Below, in pieces: positions 11,801 through 25,199 of a stretch of 64,000 bases of DNA. The notes under the pieces are model-generated. The model did not search any database, was not told the origin of the DNA, and saw only the letters and a list, made by a program, of their open reading frames with translations. The DNA comes from Octopus sinensis. Lineage: Eukaryota. The position numbers were made by a program, and so were the translations under genes. Within the stretch, counting starts at the first letter, position 1; the number at the start of each line of letters is the position of its first letter. The stretch is from NCBI RefSeq assembly GCF_006345805.1, contig NC_043015.1:19964001-20028000 (forward strand), in the 5' to 3' direction.

Positions 11801-14800
11801 AATTGAATCAAAGAGAAAGTATTTTAACAAAAAGAATGGTAACAAAAGGTTTAAAGCAATCTAAATTAAAATCTTTTGAATTCTGTAGTAAAGATTGTTT
11901 GCCAACATAACATGGCAGTCCTGGTTTAGGACAAATGTTACTGTAATTTAGCCCCAGGAGCAAACAATCTTTACTACAAAGTACTGTTGCTGAATATCTT
12001 GTGAGATTTACAAATAGTAATTTTTTAACTTTTGAATTCTGTTGTTAATTTATATTCCATGCACCCACTTAATAATGACAGAGTTAGTGTACTAAATTCT
12101 TCTTTATCTTCAAAATTGATTGAATCTTTTTAGTGAGTTGGTGTGAGTAATGAGGTACCATTAAAGAATCAACTTCATATAGCATGTCATTGGTAAATTA
12201 GCTTGGTGGAGTTGATTTCTTCCCATATTCCCTTTCACACCTACCCCTGGATGAAATGGCTCCACTTGCAATTGAAACTAGGCTTCTGACTCATTTTGCA
12301 CAGACCAAATTCCAAACACACATATATATATAGATGTCAATATATATATATATACGTGTGTGTGTATGTATATATATATATATATATATATATAAATTGC
12401 TTAGTAAATATTTAAATGAAGTGTTTGTGTATGGTTAATAGATTTCATGTGGCACTGAAGAAGGAGCAATAATTCTTGAAATATGCATATACACCCATCT
12501 TATCTGTTTTTCTACCTTCGATCACATTGTTTACATAGATTATTTCTATACAAAACATCGTAATTTTCAATGCTGGCTCTAAATTTTATAGAAAATCTGT
12601 AGAAATACACTTAAAAGTGATATTTATGTGTGTTTGTTTTTATGTATAGTTATACATAAAAATAGTGAAATATTAAATTGAAGTAGAATATCATATTTAT
12701 GTTATTCTTGCAAGAAAAGGGTTGACAGACTAAGGCAAAACTTCAAAAATAATGTCAATCTTTCCCTTGTAATAGTCATGTATATATACATACATATGTA
12801 CATGCATACGTACATCAAGCTAAGCTGGTGTACGTATGTCAAGCTAAGATAAATCATGGTTATAGCCAGAGCTGGTGTGTGTAAAAGACACCCAGTACAC
12901 TCTGCAGAGTTGCTGGTGTTAGGAAGGGCATCCAACTGTAGAATGCTAAACCAAAACAGACTGGAGCCTAGTGCAGCACTTTGGTTTACCTTTTCCAATC
13001 AAACCATCTTAGCATGGAGAACAGACACTAAATGGTGATGGTGACACATACACATGTATGTGTGTGAGTGTGTATCTGAAATACTGAGAAAATGGGTTGC
13101 TGACTCATTGAAACACATGTCTATCAAAGTGTAAAAATACCAGTAACATTTCCTGTCGTCCAATGTGGTGATTGAACTCTTAGCATGTATAAGTGTTTAA
13201 TGTGGAACAAATTACTGAACCTTAAATTAATGGGTAACATGTTGTGCATGTAGATTCCACCATGTGCAGAAAATCAAATGTAGTTGCAGTAAAAAAAAAT
13301 TAATTGATTAAAACAGTAAATACTTCCTACAAAGCAGTTGAAACATTTTTTAACTAAAACAAAAATAATAAAAATATTCAGTATATAAACGTAAACAAAA
13401 GGAAGCAGCCACATAGCAGTGGATTGCAGAATTAGTAGAGCATCAGATAAAATAAATTGCAGTGGTATTTGGTTATGTCACTTCATGTTCTGAATTCAAA
13501 TCCCATGCTGGGGGACCTTCCCTTTCATTTTTCCAAAGTTGACAGAAGAAAATGTACCAGTCCAATATTGTTGTTTGACATTATAGACCTATACTCTTTT
13601 CTCTCTTTCCAGCCTGGTAGCCATGTCTCTCCCGTACTGCAGGGCACCAGTTCTTATCCCTCTCTCCTGCTTTAACCTCTCGATACCAGGCATAAAGCCA
13701 GCTCCCTCTCTACGACACACGCACATTCAGTTGCGGAGTCTTGCTTTGCGAGTTACATAGTGATCTCATTAATGTCCTTGCAACATAGAAAGCTCCCAGT
13801 AACCTCAGTAATGTGGTTGGCACTAGGAATGGCATCCAGCTGTAGACACCAGAGCTTAATGCAATCCTCTGACTCGTTAGATCCTTTCAAACTACCCAAC
13901 CTGTACCAACATGGATGACAGAGATTAAACAATGATGATCACAATTCTTGAAGTGATGCTCCAGCATGGCCACTGTCCAATCACTGAGCCTAGTAAAACA
14001 GTGGATTAGAAGAGCCAGTTAATTAGAAAAGTATGTAGAACACAAGACAAATATACCTTGTGAAGTTTGGTGGCAGCGTATTATATTCAGAATACACAAC
14101 CAGCAAATAGACAGATCAATGCATCAGATGAATATTTTGTGGTATTTGTTTTGAATCTTTGTATTCTGAGTTCAATCCTTTCAAGGTCAACTTTACTTTT
14201 CATCCTTCTAGAGTTTTCAATGAAAGTAACAGTTTAGGGCAGTGGACTGGCAGAATAATTGGAGCACCAAACAGGATGCCTTCATAACAATGTTTGTTTC
14301 AAATCTTTCCATCCTGAGTTCAGATCGCTACTTGGATGATAGACTTAATCCATCATCCAGTTTAGTATCACCATCCTTGGATCCTTTAAGCAGAATCCAT
14401 CTTGTTGGAATCATTCAGACCAAACCTCTGATTTCAGCATATCTCCCTCTATCCCTCCTACCCTTCCACCAATTTCAGAAACCCTACAAAGAGTCACAAA
14501 GCACTGCCCTTTCTCTCCTCCTCCTCTGCATCAACATCATCATCATTTAACATCCATTTTCCATGCTGGCATGGGTTGTATGGTTTAACAGGAACCAGTG
14601 ACCCACAACAGAGCTGCACTGTGCCCCAGGGTTTCTATGGCAACATACCCTTTCTAACAGCAACCACTTTACAGAGTGTACTGGGTGCTGCTTTTTTTTT
14701 TTTTTTGTGCTACCATCACTAGTTTGGCTACAAGAGGGGAAAAGTCCCCTTGACTGTGGGAAGAGGATTGAAGAAGGTGGAGATGAGACTTTATACAGGG

Positions 14801-15218
14801 ACAAGCAGGTGTTTTGCAGTGGAAATCATACATGGCTACCCTGTGCTTATATAAGGGTGTGTGGAAGTAGCTGAGAAAAAAATGAGATGGCAGCAATGGG
14901 TTGCCAGAATAGACAAACATTTAAATAATTATCGCCTGGAACAATGTTAACTTTCCTTCTGAGTTTAATAGAATATACCAGTTGGGTATATTGAGGTTCA
15001 CTCATGTTCTATACAATCAAGTGTCCCCTTAAAAACAGTACCCCAACATTGCCAGAGTCCAACCCATAAGTAAAAGAAAATACACCCAATATATGGCACT
15101 TCTGTTAGCTACAAATATGATATACTTTCATTTAAATAAATAGACAGCATTTATTTATTTTTACTGCGATGTACATGCATAGCACGTGACCTGATCTGAG
15201 ATCGTGTGCTGGAACAAA

Positions 15219-15390
15219 AATAATTGCAGTGTGGAAGGTGTTTATAAACCATTTAAAAACACACAAACATCGTCAGATACAGCATGGAATTTTGTCAGTG
15301 AACAGGTCATGGTCTCAAAGGCACAAAAATCTAACAGTTTTTGTGTGTTTTAAATGGTTTATAAACACCTTCTACACTGCAATTATTTAT
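15219..15390. repeat. Inverted repeat (MITE-like), arms about 15219-15266 / 15340-15390
   Basis: AAATAATTGCAGTGT(G/A)GAAGGTGTTTATAAACCATTTAAAA and its reverse complement. Confidence 0.7.
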
Positions 15391-15593
15391 TTATTTATTT
15401 TATTTTTATCAATGGTTTAGTTTCTCATTATTTACTAAAATTTCATACCACTGGTTCTTTTTAGCATCAGACAAAAATATGCATATATTTTGGTTAGACT
15501 CAAGATCGTTTTACACACAGACATTTCAAAAATAAATAGACACCATCATTTTTGAAAGATTTGTTTCTAGAAACAAAATGTTCTTTGATAGGG

Positions 15594-15805
15594 TTAACCT
15601 TTTAGCATTCAGGTTTCTCATTAAATGTAATCCTTATTTATTCATCATGCATTATCTCACAGCTTTGAGATTTCGATGATGTGATTGTTTATATTTAAAA
15701 TGACATTGTAGGGTAGGTAGGAGAGATCAGATCTGGCTACTCTAAAAATGAAACAGATAGAATACTTTTGGGTGGATACGGCTGGTTTAAATGCTAAAGG
15801 ATTAA
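15594..15805. mobile_element. piggyBac-like MITE, second family
   Basis: TTAACCTTTTAGCATT ... AATGCTAAAGGATTAA. Confidence 0.65.
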
Positions 15806-16989
15806 ATACTTAATCTAGTGATTTAGTAGACATGCCCTGAGCAGTTTTCAATGATTTAATCTATTTGGATATCGTACTAATGAGCAGTCTCTGTACCGAC
15901 AAAATGATATAATGAAGGGTGTATAATTACTTTTGAGATGTGTATGGTCCTTCTATACACACACACAGATACATATATATATATTAGTTAATAAATCGTG
16001 TGGTATAAACCTGGTAGTTTACTGTTAAAGCATGTTCACTTTCTCAGTGTTCGTTTGGTATTTGATTAATGAGAAAGACAGAAGATGAGTTGAAACAATT
16101 GTAGTGACCAATAAACTTTCTCGTATCTTCCATCTTTCATTTCTCATTAATCAAATATATAGATATATATATATGTGTGTGTGTGTTAGTGTATATATAT
16201 GTATAAGCGTATGTATGTATATATGTTTGCATACAAAAATTTAACCTTTATAGGAAAGAGAAGATAAAATGAAAAATGTTCCAAGGAGGGAATTGAACCT
16301 CTAATGAGGTACCAAACATGTTACTCTAAAATACTCAGGCCAATGTTCTGCTGTGTTGGCCTCTTCTCTTATTTTCAGTCTGTGAAAAAAAAGCAAGTGA
16401 TAAAAGGATTTAAAAAATTGTGTATTTTGACAGAATCTCGGAAAAATTCTTGTTACAATTACAAAGTTATTAAAGTTATTAATGATGTCGTTAATGGTGT
16501 TGTTGTTGTTGTGTGGATATGACTTTTAATTGCATTCAATAGTGAGGCCCCGATTCAGCACTTTCAAGATTTTGAGAAGCATGAAACCATCTTTTAGCCA
16601 CTCTTGTTTGCAAGTCTACTCTGACCCGAAGTAGTAGTGCCTCTTGGGGCCCCAGCTATGAATTACTTAGTAGGTTAGAGCTGGCCTATATACATGTGAA
16701 GACTGGATCCAGTGGACATTGCAGAAGAAACCTACATGGTCCAATGGAGAGGAAGATGAATGCAGCAATGCATTGTGGATTGCGGAGAGCAAGACGAGGC
16801 AAGTAACTTACCTTGGTCATCCACTGCATCTGTCTTGATCCCCTGTCGTTTTAACCTAGCTTCTCCATTGTGCTGAACATTATCACAGATGAGAGAGTGA
16901 GGTTGATGGTGCACAACACTGTTTTAAACAAATTCACTTCACAGGTCATCGGTCATCCTGATATTTGGCTAGGTTGTCTTTGTCACTGT

Positions 16990-17340
16990 GATGGACATGT
17001 TGCATAATCCGTGCTATTGTATGGCAGTAAAACGTGGACACTGATGAACAAATTATGAAATGGGCTTAATGGATGCTACGAATGGCCCTAAATGTGAAAT
17101 GGCAGCAACATATGACAAACGAATGCCTTTATGGAGACCTGCTGAAAGTTAGTGAGATCGGGCAAAGACAGCTGCAACTCTGGTGATTGTGACCACCACC
17201 CTGAACTGGAAGCATCTAAATAAGTCTTGTGGAACCCACTTTATGGTGATGTAAGAAAAGGAAAACATCATCACACATTGACAATTTGATGGCAGACACT
17301 GACCTGGAATATATCCAAGACCAAGAGGTATGGTAACAGG
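16990..17340 (+). mobile_element. Degenerate RTE-clade LINE coding fragment
   Basis: SVLLYGSKTWTL...MALNVKWQQHMTNECLYGDLLKVSEI, with frameshifts. Confidence 0.65.
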
Positions 17341-20066
17341 GGGGGAACTTGTTGCTGCAACCCAACCATAATAATAATAATGGTTTCAAATTTTGGCACA
17401 CAACCAGCAAATTCAGGAGAGGAGAAAGACAATTACATCAACCCCAGTGCTCAGTTTGTTGAACTCAGAATATAAATACAGACAATATGCTGTTAAGAAT
17501 TGTACCCAGCATGCTAACGACTCAGCCAGCTCACCGCTTTAGCGATAATGATAATAATTATTTCTACTCTAGGCACAAGGGGAAGGGGGTTAGTCAATTA
17601 CAACGACTCCAGTGCATAACTGGTACCTATTTCATCGACCCCGAAAGGATGAAAGGCAAAGTGGCAGAATTTGAACTCAGAATGTAGCAATGGCTGAAAT
17701 ACCACTAAGCATTTTACCCAGCATGCTAACAACTCTGCCACCTCACCGCCTTAATAATAATAATGGTCTCAGTCAGCTTGGATTAAGGCATTCCATTAGC
17801 TTTTCCAAACGTGCCATTCTACCTAAATAATGTTGTCCAATAATTTGAGAATCTAAAACGTGAATCTTGTGTTAAAGAAGACAATGGTCATGGTTGAGAG
17901 ATTTTGTTTACTTTTTTTATCCGTTTCAATCACTGACTGCAGCCATGTAGGGATACTGCATTGAAGAAGGGTTTTAAACAACTAATTTCAGTACTTATGG
18001 GGTTTTTTTAAAGTCTGAAACTCATTCTATGATTCACTTTTTCCCAAAGCACTAAATAACAAGAATGTAAACAAACCAACATCAGAGAATAAACATAGAC
18101 ATATTTTATGGGAGGGGTTGAAGGCTGATGTATGACAGACAAGCACATGTCTTGCTGAAAGAAGAGACACCCTGCATTACATGTTTGAGAATAGCAGAAA
18201 GGGAGATAAAAATGGTGGCTACAAGATACTGAATCCAAGTAAAAAAAAGTCACATGGGGGTTTTGTCCTTATCCCATAAATTAATTGTGACTTTTTTTTC
18301 CTGTGATTTTATTACTGGTCACCAAGATACCAGAGCATACTCTCAAGTTACAAGACGTTGAGTAAATCATCATCGTTTAGCGTCCGCTTTCCATGCTAGC
18401 ATGGGTTGGACGGTTCAACTGGGGTCTGGGAAGCCAGAAGGCTGCACCAGGCCCAGTCTGATCTGGCAATGTTTCTATGGCTGGATGCCCTTCCTAACGC
18501 CAACCACTCCGTGAGTGTAGTGGGTGCTTTTTACGTGCCACCAGCACAGGTGCCAGACGAAGCTGGCAAACGGCCACGATCGGATGGTGCTTTTTATGTG
18601 CCACCAGCACGGGCATGAGTATTTCTTAGAACTGAAAGTCTAGTCATTAGAATATGCTTTTGGAAATGGATGGAAGCTATAGGTTACTCATGTCAACAAT
18701 GGTATTCTCATGTAAGTTAAGGTCAAAGACTAAGAGATCGTTAGCACTATGTATAGCACTGTGTTAGTCATTGTAGAGAAAGGTAATTGCAAGTGATATA
18801 AGCAGTTGTTTACAACTATTTCTATTGCTTTTCAGGTGATGGAAGTAATGTTGAGAACACAGCAAACCAAGAGATTGTCTTTTATAGAAACGGAAAGCAT
18901 TTTCTATATTTCCGTAGATTGGAATCCCTACAAAGCGTAAAAACTTGTAAAGTTTGTAAAGACTGCAATCAAAGTTATGGTATAATAGACACGCAAGAAT
19001 TTAGAGGAAGACAAACTTTCTAACATCTACAGGCATGTCACAAAGACCATCTTTATAAATAATATTACAATATGGTATCATCATTGATCCATATCTGACT
19101 GGAATCTCTTGCAGTGAATAGTAAAGATTACACAGAATATTGTCCTATTTATTATTGCAAAAATTCCAAACAAATTGAATATTGCCAGATATTTTCAAAA
19201 TAATTTATTCAAAATAAAGTGAATTTATTAATAATAAACCCAGGTAAGGAAAGTGTCTTGCTGCCAAGGATTGTAAAGAATATATTGTTATACAGTCATA
19301 TGTTCTTAGTTGTGTGAATACTTCACAGTTGATTATCCTGTTTTTTAATTTACTATCTATAAGTCTACACTTCTGTATGAATAAACTGGATATGTATGTA
19401 TAGTTTTTAGACAGGACACTGTCTGTATACAGAAAATACTGTATATGTATAAATTTTAGACAGAACCACTTGTGATGTGGTTTCTCACGTTTGTGAAGTC
19501 ACCTTTGTGAGAGAATAATTAACCACATACAACGGACACGTCTTGTCTCCTGAATAACAAATAGGCTTGTGAATAATTATTACATTTTTTCGACCAGTGG
19601 GTCAACTTGGGTCCATATGACTCCTGAGAGTCCACATAAGACTGGTGGGAGGAGGGGGTCCATGTAAGCAACACAATAAATTGGGGATCCATTGCAGTAT
19701 TTGAAAAGTCCATGAAAAAATTTTGTTTTAGATGTATGTATTGCAAGAAACAGCTGGGTTTCTTTCTCAAAAGTTTTACATAGCTCAACCTATGTAAATT
19801 AATGTGTGAAAAACAAAATAGGAATTTTGAAAAAAGTTTCTGTTAAACTAGTTTTTTTGCACCGAATAGCTATGGGATCCACCAGAATTAAATAGTATAA
19901 TCAAAGGGTCCATAGTTAAGGATGACTGAGAACCAGTCTTAGACGGTACATTTTACCACATAGAATCATAGTAGTTTGCTTATGTATGTCTATATATTTG
20001 TGAATAGTTAGAGAATGATTCACCGCAATGATATTGTTTCCTAGTGAAGTTATTCGTGGGAATGAT

Positions 20067-20933
20067 TTACCACAGATCACAGTGATATGGTTCCTTTCCT
20101 ATATGGATGCGTTTGTGCTTATTTAAGTCACCACTTCGAGTGAATAACTTACCACAGATATCACAGTGATATGGTTTCTCTCCCGTATGGATGCGTCTGT
20201 GAGTTGTTAATTTAAATGGTTGTGTGAATGATTTACCACAAATATCACAATGATAGGGCTTCTCTCCTGTATGGATGCGTTTGTGAGCAGTTAAAGAACT
20301 GCTTGCAGAGAATGATTTACCACAAATATAACACTGGTAGAGCTTCTCTCCCGTGTGAATACGTTTGTGTTTAGTTAAGTCACTACTATGAGAGAAGGAT
20401 TTACCACAGATCTCACATGCATATGGTTTTTCTCCCGTGTGAATGCGTTTGTGGGTAGTCAAAGTACATGTTCGTGGGAACGATTTACCGCAGATATCAC
20501 AGTGATAGGGCCTCTCCCCTGTATGAATACGTTTGTGTCTAGTTAAGTCACCACCGTGAGAGAATGAATTACCACATATTCCACAATGATACGGTTTCTC
20601 CCCTGTGTGAATGCTTCTGTGGGCATTTAAGTTACTGGTTACAGAGAATGACTTGCCACATATACCACAGTGATACGGTTTCTCTCCGGTGTGAATACGT
20701 TTGTGGGTGGTGAAATTACCTCTAGTGGAGAACGATTCACCGCAGATATCACACTGATAAGGTTTCTCACCTGTATGAATGCGTTTATGTTCACTTAAAT
20801 GATCATTTCGAGTGAATGATTTACCACAGACATCACAGTGATATGGTTCCTCTCCTGTATGAATATGTTTGTGTCTTGTTAAATTACAATTCTGAGAGAA
20901 TGATTTACCACATATATCACAGTGATAAGGCAT
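20067..20933 (-). CDS. C2H2 zinc-finger protein, 288 aa, 10 complete tandem fingers with TGEKP linkers plus a frameshifted 11th; no effector domain visible
   Basis: Ten repeats of PY-x-C-x2-C-GK-x-F-x5-L-x2-H-x3-HTGE(K/R/E); single uninterrupted ORF; typical of the cephalopod C2H2 expansion. Confidence 0.93.
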   Translation of the reverse strand: MPYHCDICGKSFSQNCNLTRHKHIHTGEEPYHCDVCGKSFTRNDHLSEHKRIHTGEKPYQCDICGESFSTRGNFTTHKRIHTGEKPYHCGICGKSFSVTSNLNAHRSIHTGEKPYHCGICGNSFSHGGDLTRHKRIHTGERPYHCDICGKSFPRTCTLTTHKRIHTGEKPYACEICGKSFSHSSDLTKHKRIHTGEKLYQCYICGKSFSASSSLTAHKRIHTGEKPYHCDICGKSFTQPFKLTTHRRIHTGEKPYHCDICGKLFTRSGDLNKHKRIHIGKEPYHCDLW

Positions 20934-21559
20934 TTCTCACGTATGAATGTAAAAAGTTTATCTTTCGGGGTCATTGACTTTTCAGCAATATCACAATGCT
21001 GTCATTTTTCACATTACTTCAAATTAAAAACAAAAATCAATCAAGTTTCACACTTAATCATTTCTTTTCATAAATTTTTCTTCTCTCAGCACAATGTTTT
21101 TTTTCTTCTTTTCTCGGTTTCATTCCTTTCTTTTATCAGCTTACATCCAACAATTATTCCATCTTCGACACTTTTCGCAAACATTTGTCAAGAGTCGATA
21201 TCCGAAGATGCTGCTACAAACACTCCTTTTGTAAATAAATCCACTCATAACTAGAATTCAGAATCATCGTGTACACACTCCAGCTACGGAATTAAAGATA
21301 TATTAATAATAATCTCAGCTCAGATCATAGAATTCAGAATAATTCTATCACAAACATAAGACAAGATTATATCTGTGTCTGATGACAACTTTGGTGATGT
21401 TGAGCAAATATTTCTTGACGAACGTTCCAGAAATCGCTAATTTTTTTTTTTTAATAAATCCTATAATATAAAAGATGAATATGGGTATATTGTAATTATT
21501 TTATGTTCAATTCTAAATAAATTACTTTCCCATCATAATGTCTCGATAAGAAACATTAA

Positions 21560-21640
21560 TTCCGCACCGGAAGTGAATTACGATTTAATATGCGCATGAA
21601 CAATGCGGATTAAGCAGACGAGTAAGATGACGTAGCCGCG
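21560..21640. promoter_or_regulatory. Putative housekeeping-type promoter of the zinc-finger gene
   Basis: Local CpG enrichment with ETS site ACCGGAAGTG (21566-21575), NRF1-like TGCGCATG (21591-21598) and TGACGT (21628-21633), about 650 bp upstream of the ZNF ATG. Confidence 0.5.
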
Positions 21641-22335
21641 CCACTATACAGAGGCAGACCTGCAGTTTGGTGCCCCATCCCGGAATTTTCTTTTGCTTAA
21701 TTTTTTTAAAAGTAAAGGCATCATTTTAAATGAAATTTTGCAAAGATACTCTTTATGAATGTGTAGATTACAAATTATATCATAAAAGTTTTTAAAAAAA
21801 CTGTTTTGAATCATTCAATTCCTCCATGGAAATCTACAGAAATTTTGTTTAAAACAAGGAAAATATTAGAAATATTGCATTTCGAAATCTCTGAGAGAGT
21901 TATACAGTAGCAGCACGATAAAGTGATGGTTTGTTGCCAATTTATTGTGGCAGTCCCAGGAAAGAAAAGAATGCTACAGCTATTTAGCCCAAAAGAACAC
22001 AGTTTCTAGTTGGTTACATAACACAAACGTTCTGTGTCCTCAAGTTTTCCAACAGGGGAGATAAGTACCTCCTTTCAACAAAGCCAACATTCAGAGACTA
22101 GTTTCAGGGTAGTTACTCTTCAGAAGTCTGGAGTAGCTTGGCCTTGCTAGCAGTCAGTACTAAATTGCTGTTGAAAGCTTATAGAATTTCAAGTGAAATA
22201 AATTCACTGATCTACAAAATTAGAAATATTGCATTTCTAAATCTCTTGGCAAGAGTTATACAGCAGCAGCATGATAAAGTAATGGTTTGTTGCCAACTTA
22301 ATTTTTAATATTTACACACACAGTTAGTCTAAATC

Positions 22336-22669
22336 TGTGGTTCCCAAAGTGGATGATATTGCTCCCCTGGGGGCAGCAGAAAGTTCCAAGGGAGCATTGA
22401 AGAAAAGTGGTGCAATAATGGGGTAGCGATTCATATAAAAAGTGGAACAATAATGGGGTAGTGATTCATGTAAAAGGTGGGGGCGATAATAGGGTTGCGG
22501 TTCATGTAAAAACAACAAAATAATGGGTTCGTTAGGTCAAGTTTTATTTGTGTAATATAGTTGCTTCCAAAAGAGGTCTATGTTTGTGATGGTTAGTTGG
22601 GATGGGGGCACTAGGAATATAGCCTGGGTGTCAAGGGGGTAGCAGCCTGAAAAAGTTTGGGAACCACTG
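22336..22669. mobile_element. hAT-like MITE with internal ~38-bp tandem repeats
   Basis: Ends CTGTGGTTCCCAAA / TTTGGGAACCACTG; near 8-bp TSD (G/A)TCTAAAT. Confidence 0.75.
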
Positions 22670-22799
22670 ATCTAAATACTCACAGGACCATCCACATACC
22701 TCTCTGAATCTTTTGATTGGTGAAAATTGATAAACATCCTTGAGTTCGTTACTTGGACTTTTTGAAAGATGGTAAGAGCCAGGCAACAACACTAGGTTT

Positions 22800-23500
22800 C
22801 ATTGTCTGGCAGGGTTCTATGTCTGGATGCCATTCCTAACACTGACTACTTTACAGTGTACTGGGTGTTTTTTGCCTGGCACCGGCACCAGCACCAGTAC
22901 CAATTCTGCTGTGGTGGTGGACAAGTCTTCTTTAGTACTGCAAGGCACCAGATACTTTGGCCCTTAGTCATCTCCTTTATAAGGCTCAGTGTCTTAAGAT
23001 TGACCTTCAGTACCTTGTCCCATGTTTTTCTGGGTCTCCTCTCCCATGATATCCATCCACTTTAAGTGATTGATACATCTATATGTAACTGCCTGCATCC
23101 ATTTGCATCACATGACCAAACCAGCAGCCTTCTCTCTTGCACACTGCTTCTAATTCCTCTTATGCCCAACTTCTCTTAATACATGAGCGCTTTGTTGCAG
23201 ATGTACTCTACAACCAGCAGAGCATACTAGCTTCATTCCTCTCGTTTTCACGTCCTTTGCATTCAGGGTGTACATCTCACTACTACATAGTGTTGTTGTT
23301 CGTATACACACATCATACAATCTTCCTTTCACTCAGAGAGACTTTTCATTGCCAACAGAGATAAAGGCTCTCTAAATCTTCTATTCTTGTTCTTACAATT
23401 ACACTTTCTGTATATCCTCCCCAGCAGCTCATTAGTTCCCCAAGGTTGCAGAAATTACCCACTACCTCTAAAGAGCCTACAGAGTATTTGAGAAAATTGA
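22800..23500 (-). mobile_element. Degenerate RTE-clade LINE 3' fragment
   Basis: KGRLYDVCIRTTTL.SSEMYTL...LREV...QERR..WFGHVMQMD. Confidence 0.7.
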
Positions 23501-23645
23501 TTTCATGAGTATCTGTAATTTTTAGGGGTCCTTACCTTATATGTAGGTTAGACTTCCAACTCAACATATATTTTGATATAAAGAATAAAAATAGTAATAT
23601 ATGTGTGTATCTATCTATCTATCTATATATATATATATATGAAAT

Positions 23646-23852
23646 TATTGGGTTGGTGCATAATTATTGCGGCTTTTTTTAAACAAAAACATCTTTAAAT
23701 GATGGTCTGACCGTCTGCCAAGCAGTAATTGAAGTAGATGGTGAATAGGCTCTGGAATAATCATCTAATGATGTTTATGTTACATGCTGTTATAGTTTTT
23801 GTTAAATAAAATTTGTTGTAAAAAGCTGCAATAATTATGCACCAACCCAATA
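23646..23852. mobile_element. Internally deleted Tc1/mariner element (MITE)
   Basis: TIR TATTGGGTTGGTGCATAATTATTGC(G/A)GC at both ends with TA termini; internal remnant of the mariner transposase C-terminus (..VIEVDGE..PE*). Confidence 0.85.
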
Positions 23853-24433
23853 TATACAATACTTTGTATGTGGGTATTTGAAAGAATATGTATGTATACA
23901 GTGGGGTTTTATACCCAACTTATTTTTCTAATTACTTCAAAAAAGGATATAAAAGCTAGATGGTCATGAATTAACTTTAAATAGTTGATTGATGTGTAGA
24001 ATGGAATCAGTTGTTTTATTGAGACAGGCAGCAGGTAATTTAGGTCTTTCAAAGAAACAGTTGATGGACACAGAAATGGTCAGTGTTCCTCCCTTTATCA
24101 CATTATTATCTCTCAACACTTAATTTCATTTTATTCATCATTCTGTTTTGCACTTTCTCTGATCATGGAGGTAGAATTGTAATTCATAACCAACATGACC
24201 CTTTTGTGTATGTCTGTGACTGTTTATTTGTTTTGTACTTTGATAGTAATTGTATTTTGTCTATCACAATACCAATAGGTTTAGTTTAGTCTGTGAACTG
24301 CTGAATATAACATATTTCTTTGGGTATGCATTCTTCCATCAAGTGAAATGACAGTATAACCCAACAAAGGACTTATTCAAACAATCACCTGAAGAAGTGC
24401 ATCTTACACCTATGATATGATAGTGTTTGCACA

Positions 24434-24530
24434 ACAAATTTTTACACTCTTAGTGCATTAATATAATAATAAAATAATAATTATTATTATTTTATTATTA
24501 TATTAATGCACTAAGAGTGTAAAAATTTGT
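24434..24530. repeat. Perfect AT-rich palindrome, 47-bp arms, 3-nt loop
   Basis: 24434-24480 is the exact reverse complement of 24484-24530. Confidence 0.95.
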
Positions 24531-25199
24531 CAAAACAATTGTAATGATTTTAAATAAAGAATGTTGGGTGATATGCTATGCTTGAGAAAACCTGTCAAAC
24601 CAAGTGAAATCATAGCCGTGGCTGATGCAAGTACTGGTGGCACACAAAAAGCAACATTTGAGCATGTGGTCAATACCGGTGTCATGGCAATTGTAACTCG
24701 TGCCAGTGACACATAAAAAGTACCCACTACACTCTTGGAGTGGTTGGCATTAGGAAAGGCATCCAGTCATAGAAACCATGCCAAACCAGATTGGAACCTA
24801 GTGTAGCTCACCAGTTTTCAGTCAAACCATCCAACCCATGCCAGCTTGGAAAGATGTTTGATGATGAATATCATTCAAACTATTTTCTATCATTTATCTA
24901 TATATGTATATATATATACATAAATATATCATCATCATTTAATGTCCGTTTTGCATACTGGCATGGGTTAGACGATTTGACTGGAACTGGTAAACCAGAG
25001 AGCTGTATGTTCTAAACACCAGCTCAAGAATGATAAAAACACTTTACTAAATTATTTATTTTTGAAATTAATTGGATCAAAAGTAGAGTACTTCAACTAT
25101 AAAAGAATAAAAGGCTTAAAACCCAAGCCATGTTCTTCTCATCCTGTCACAGAAATTTGGTTTATCTCCAGTGGATGCTCGTTTCTTCATTATAAGTTT

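Noticed and set aside
12450-12495. CUGAAGA...GAAA hammerhead-like motif
   Set aside because: Stem II is mostly G-U pairs and stem I does not pair; at best a decayed PLE tail. The same applies to 16075-16105.
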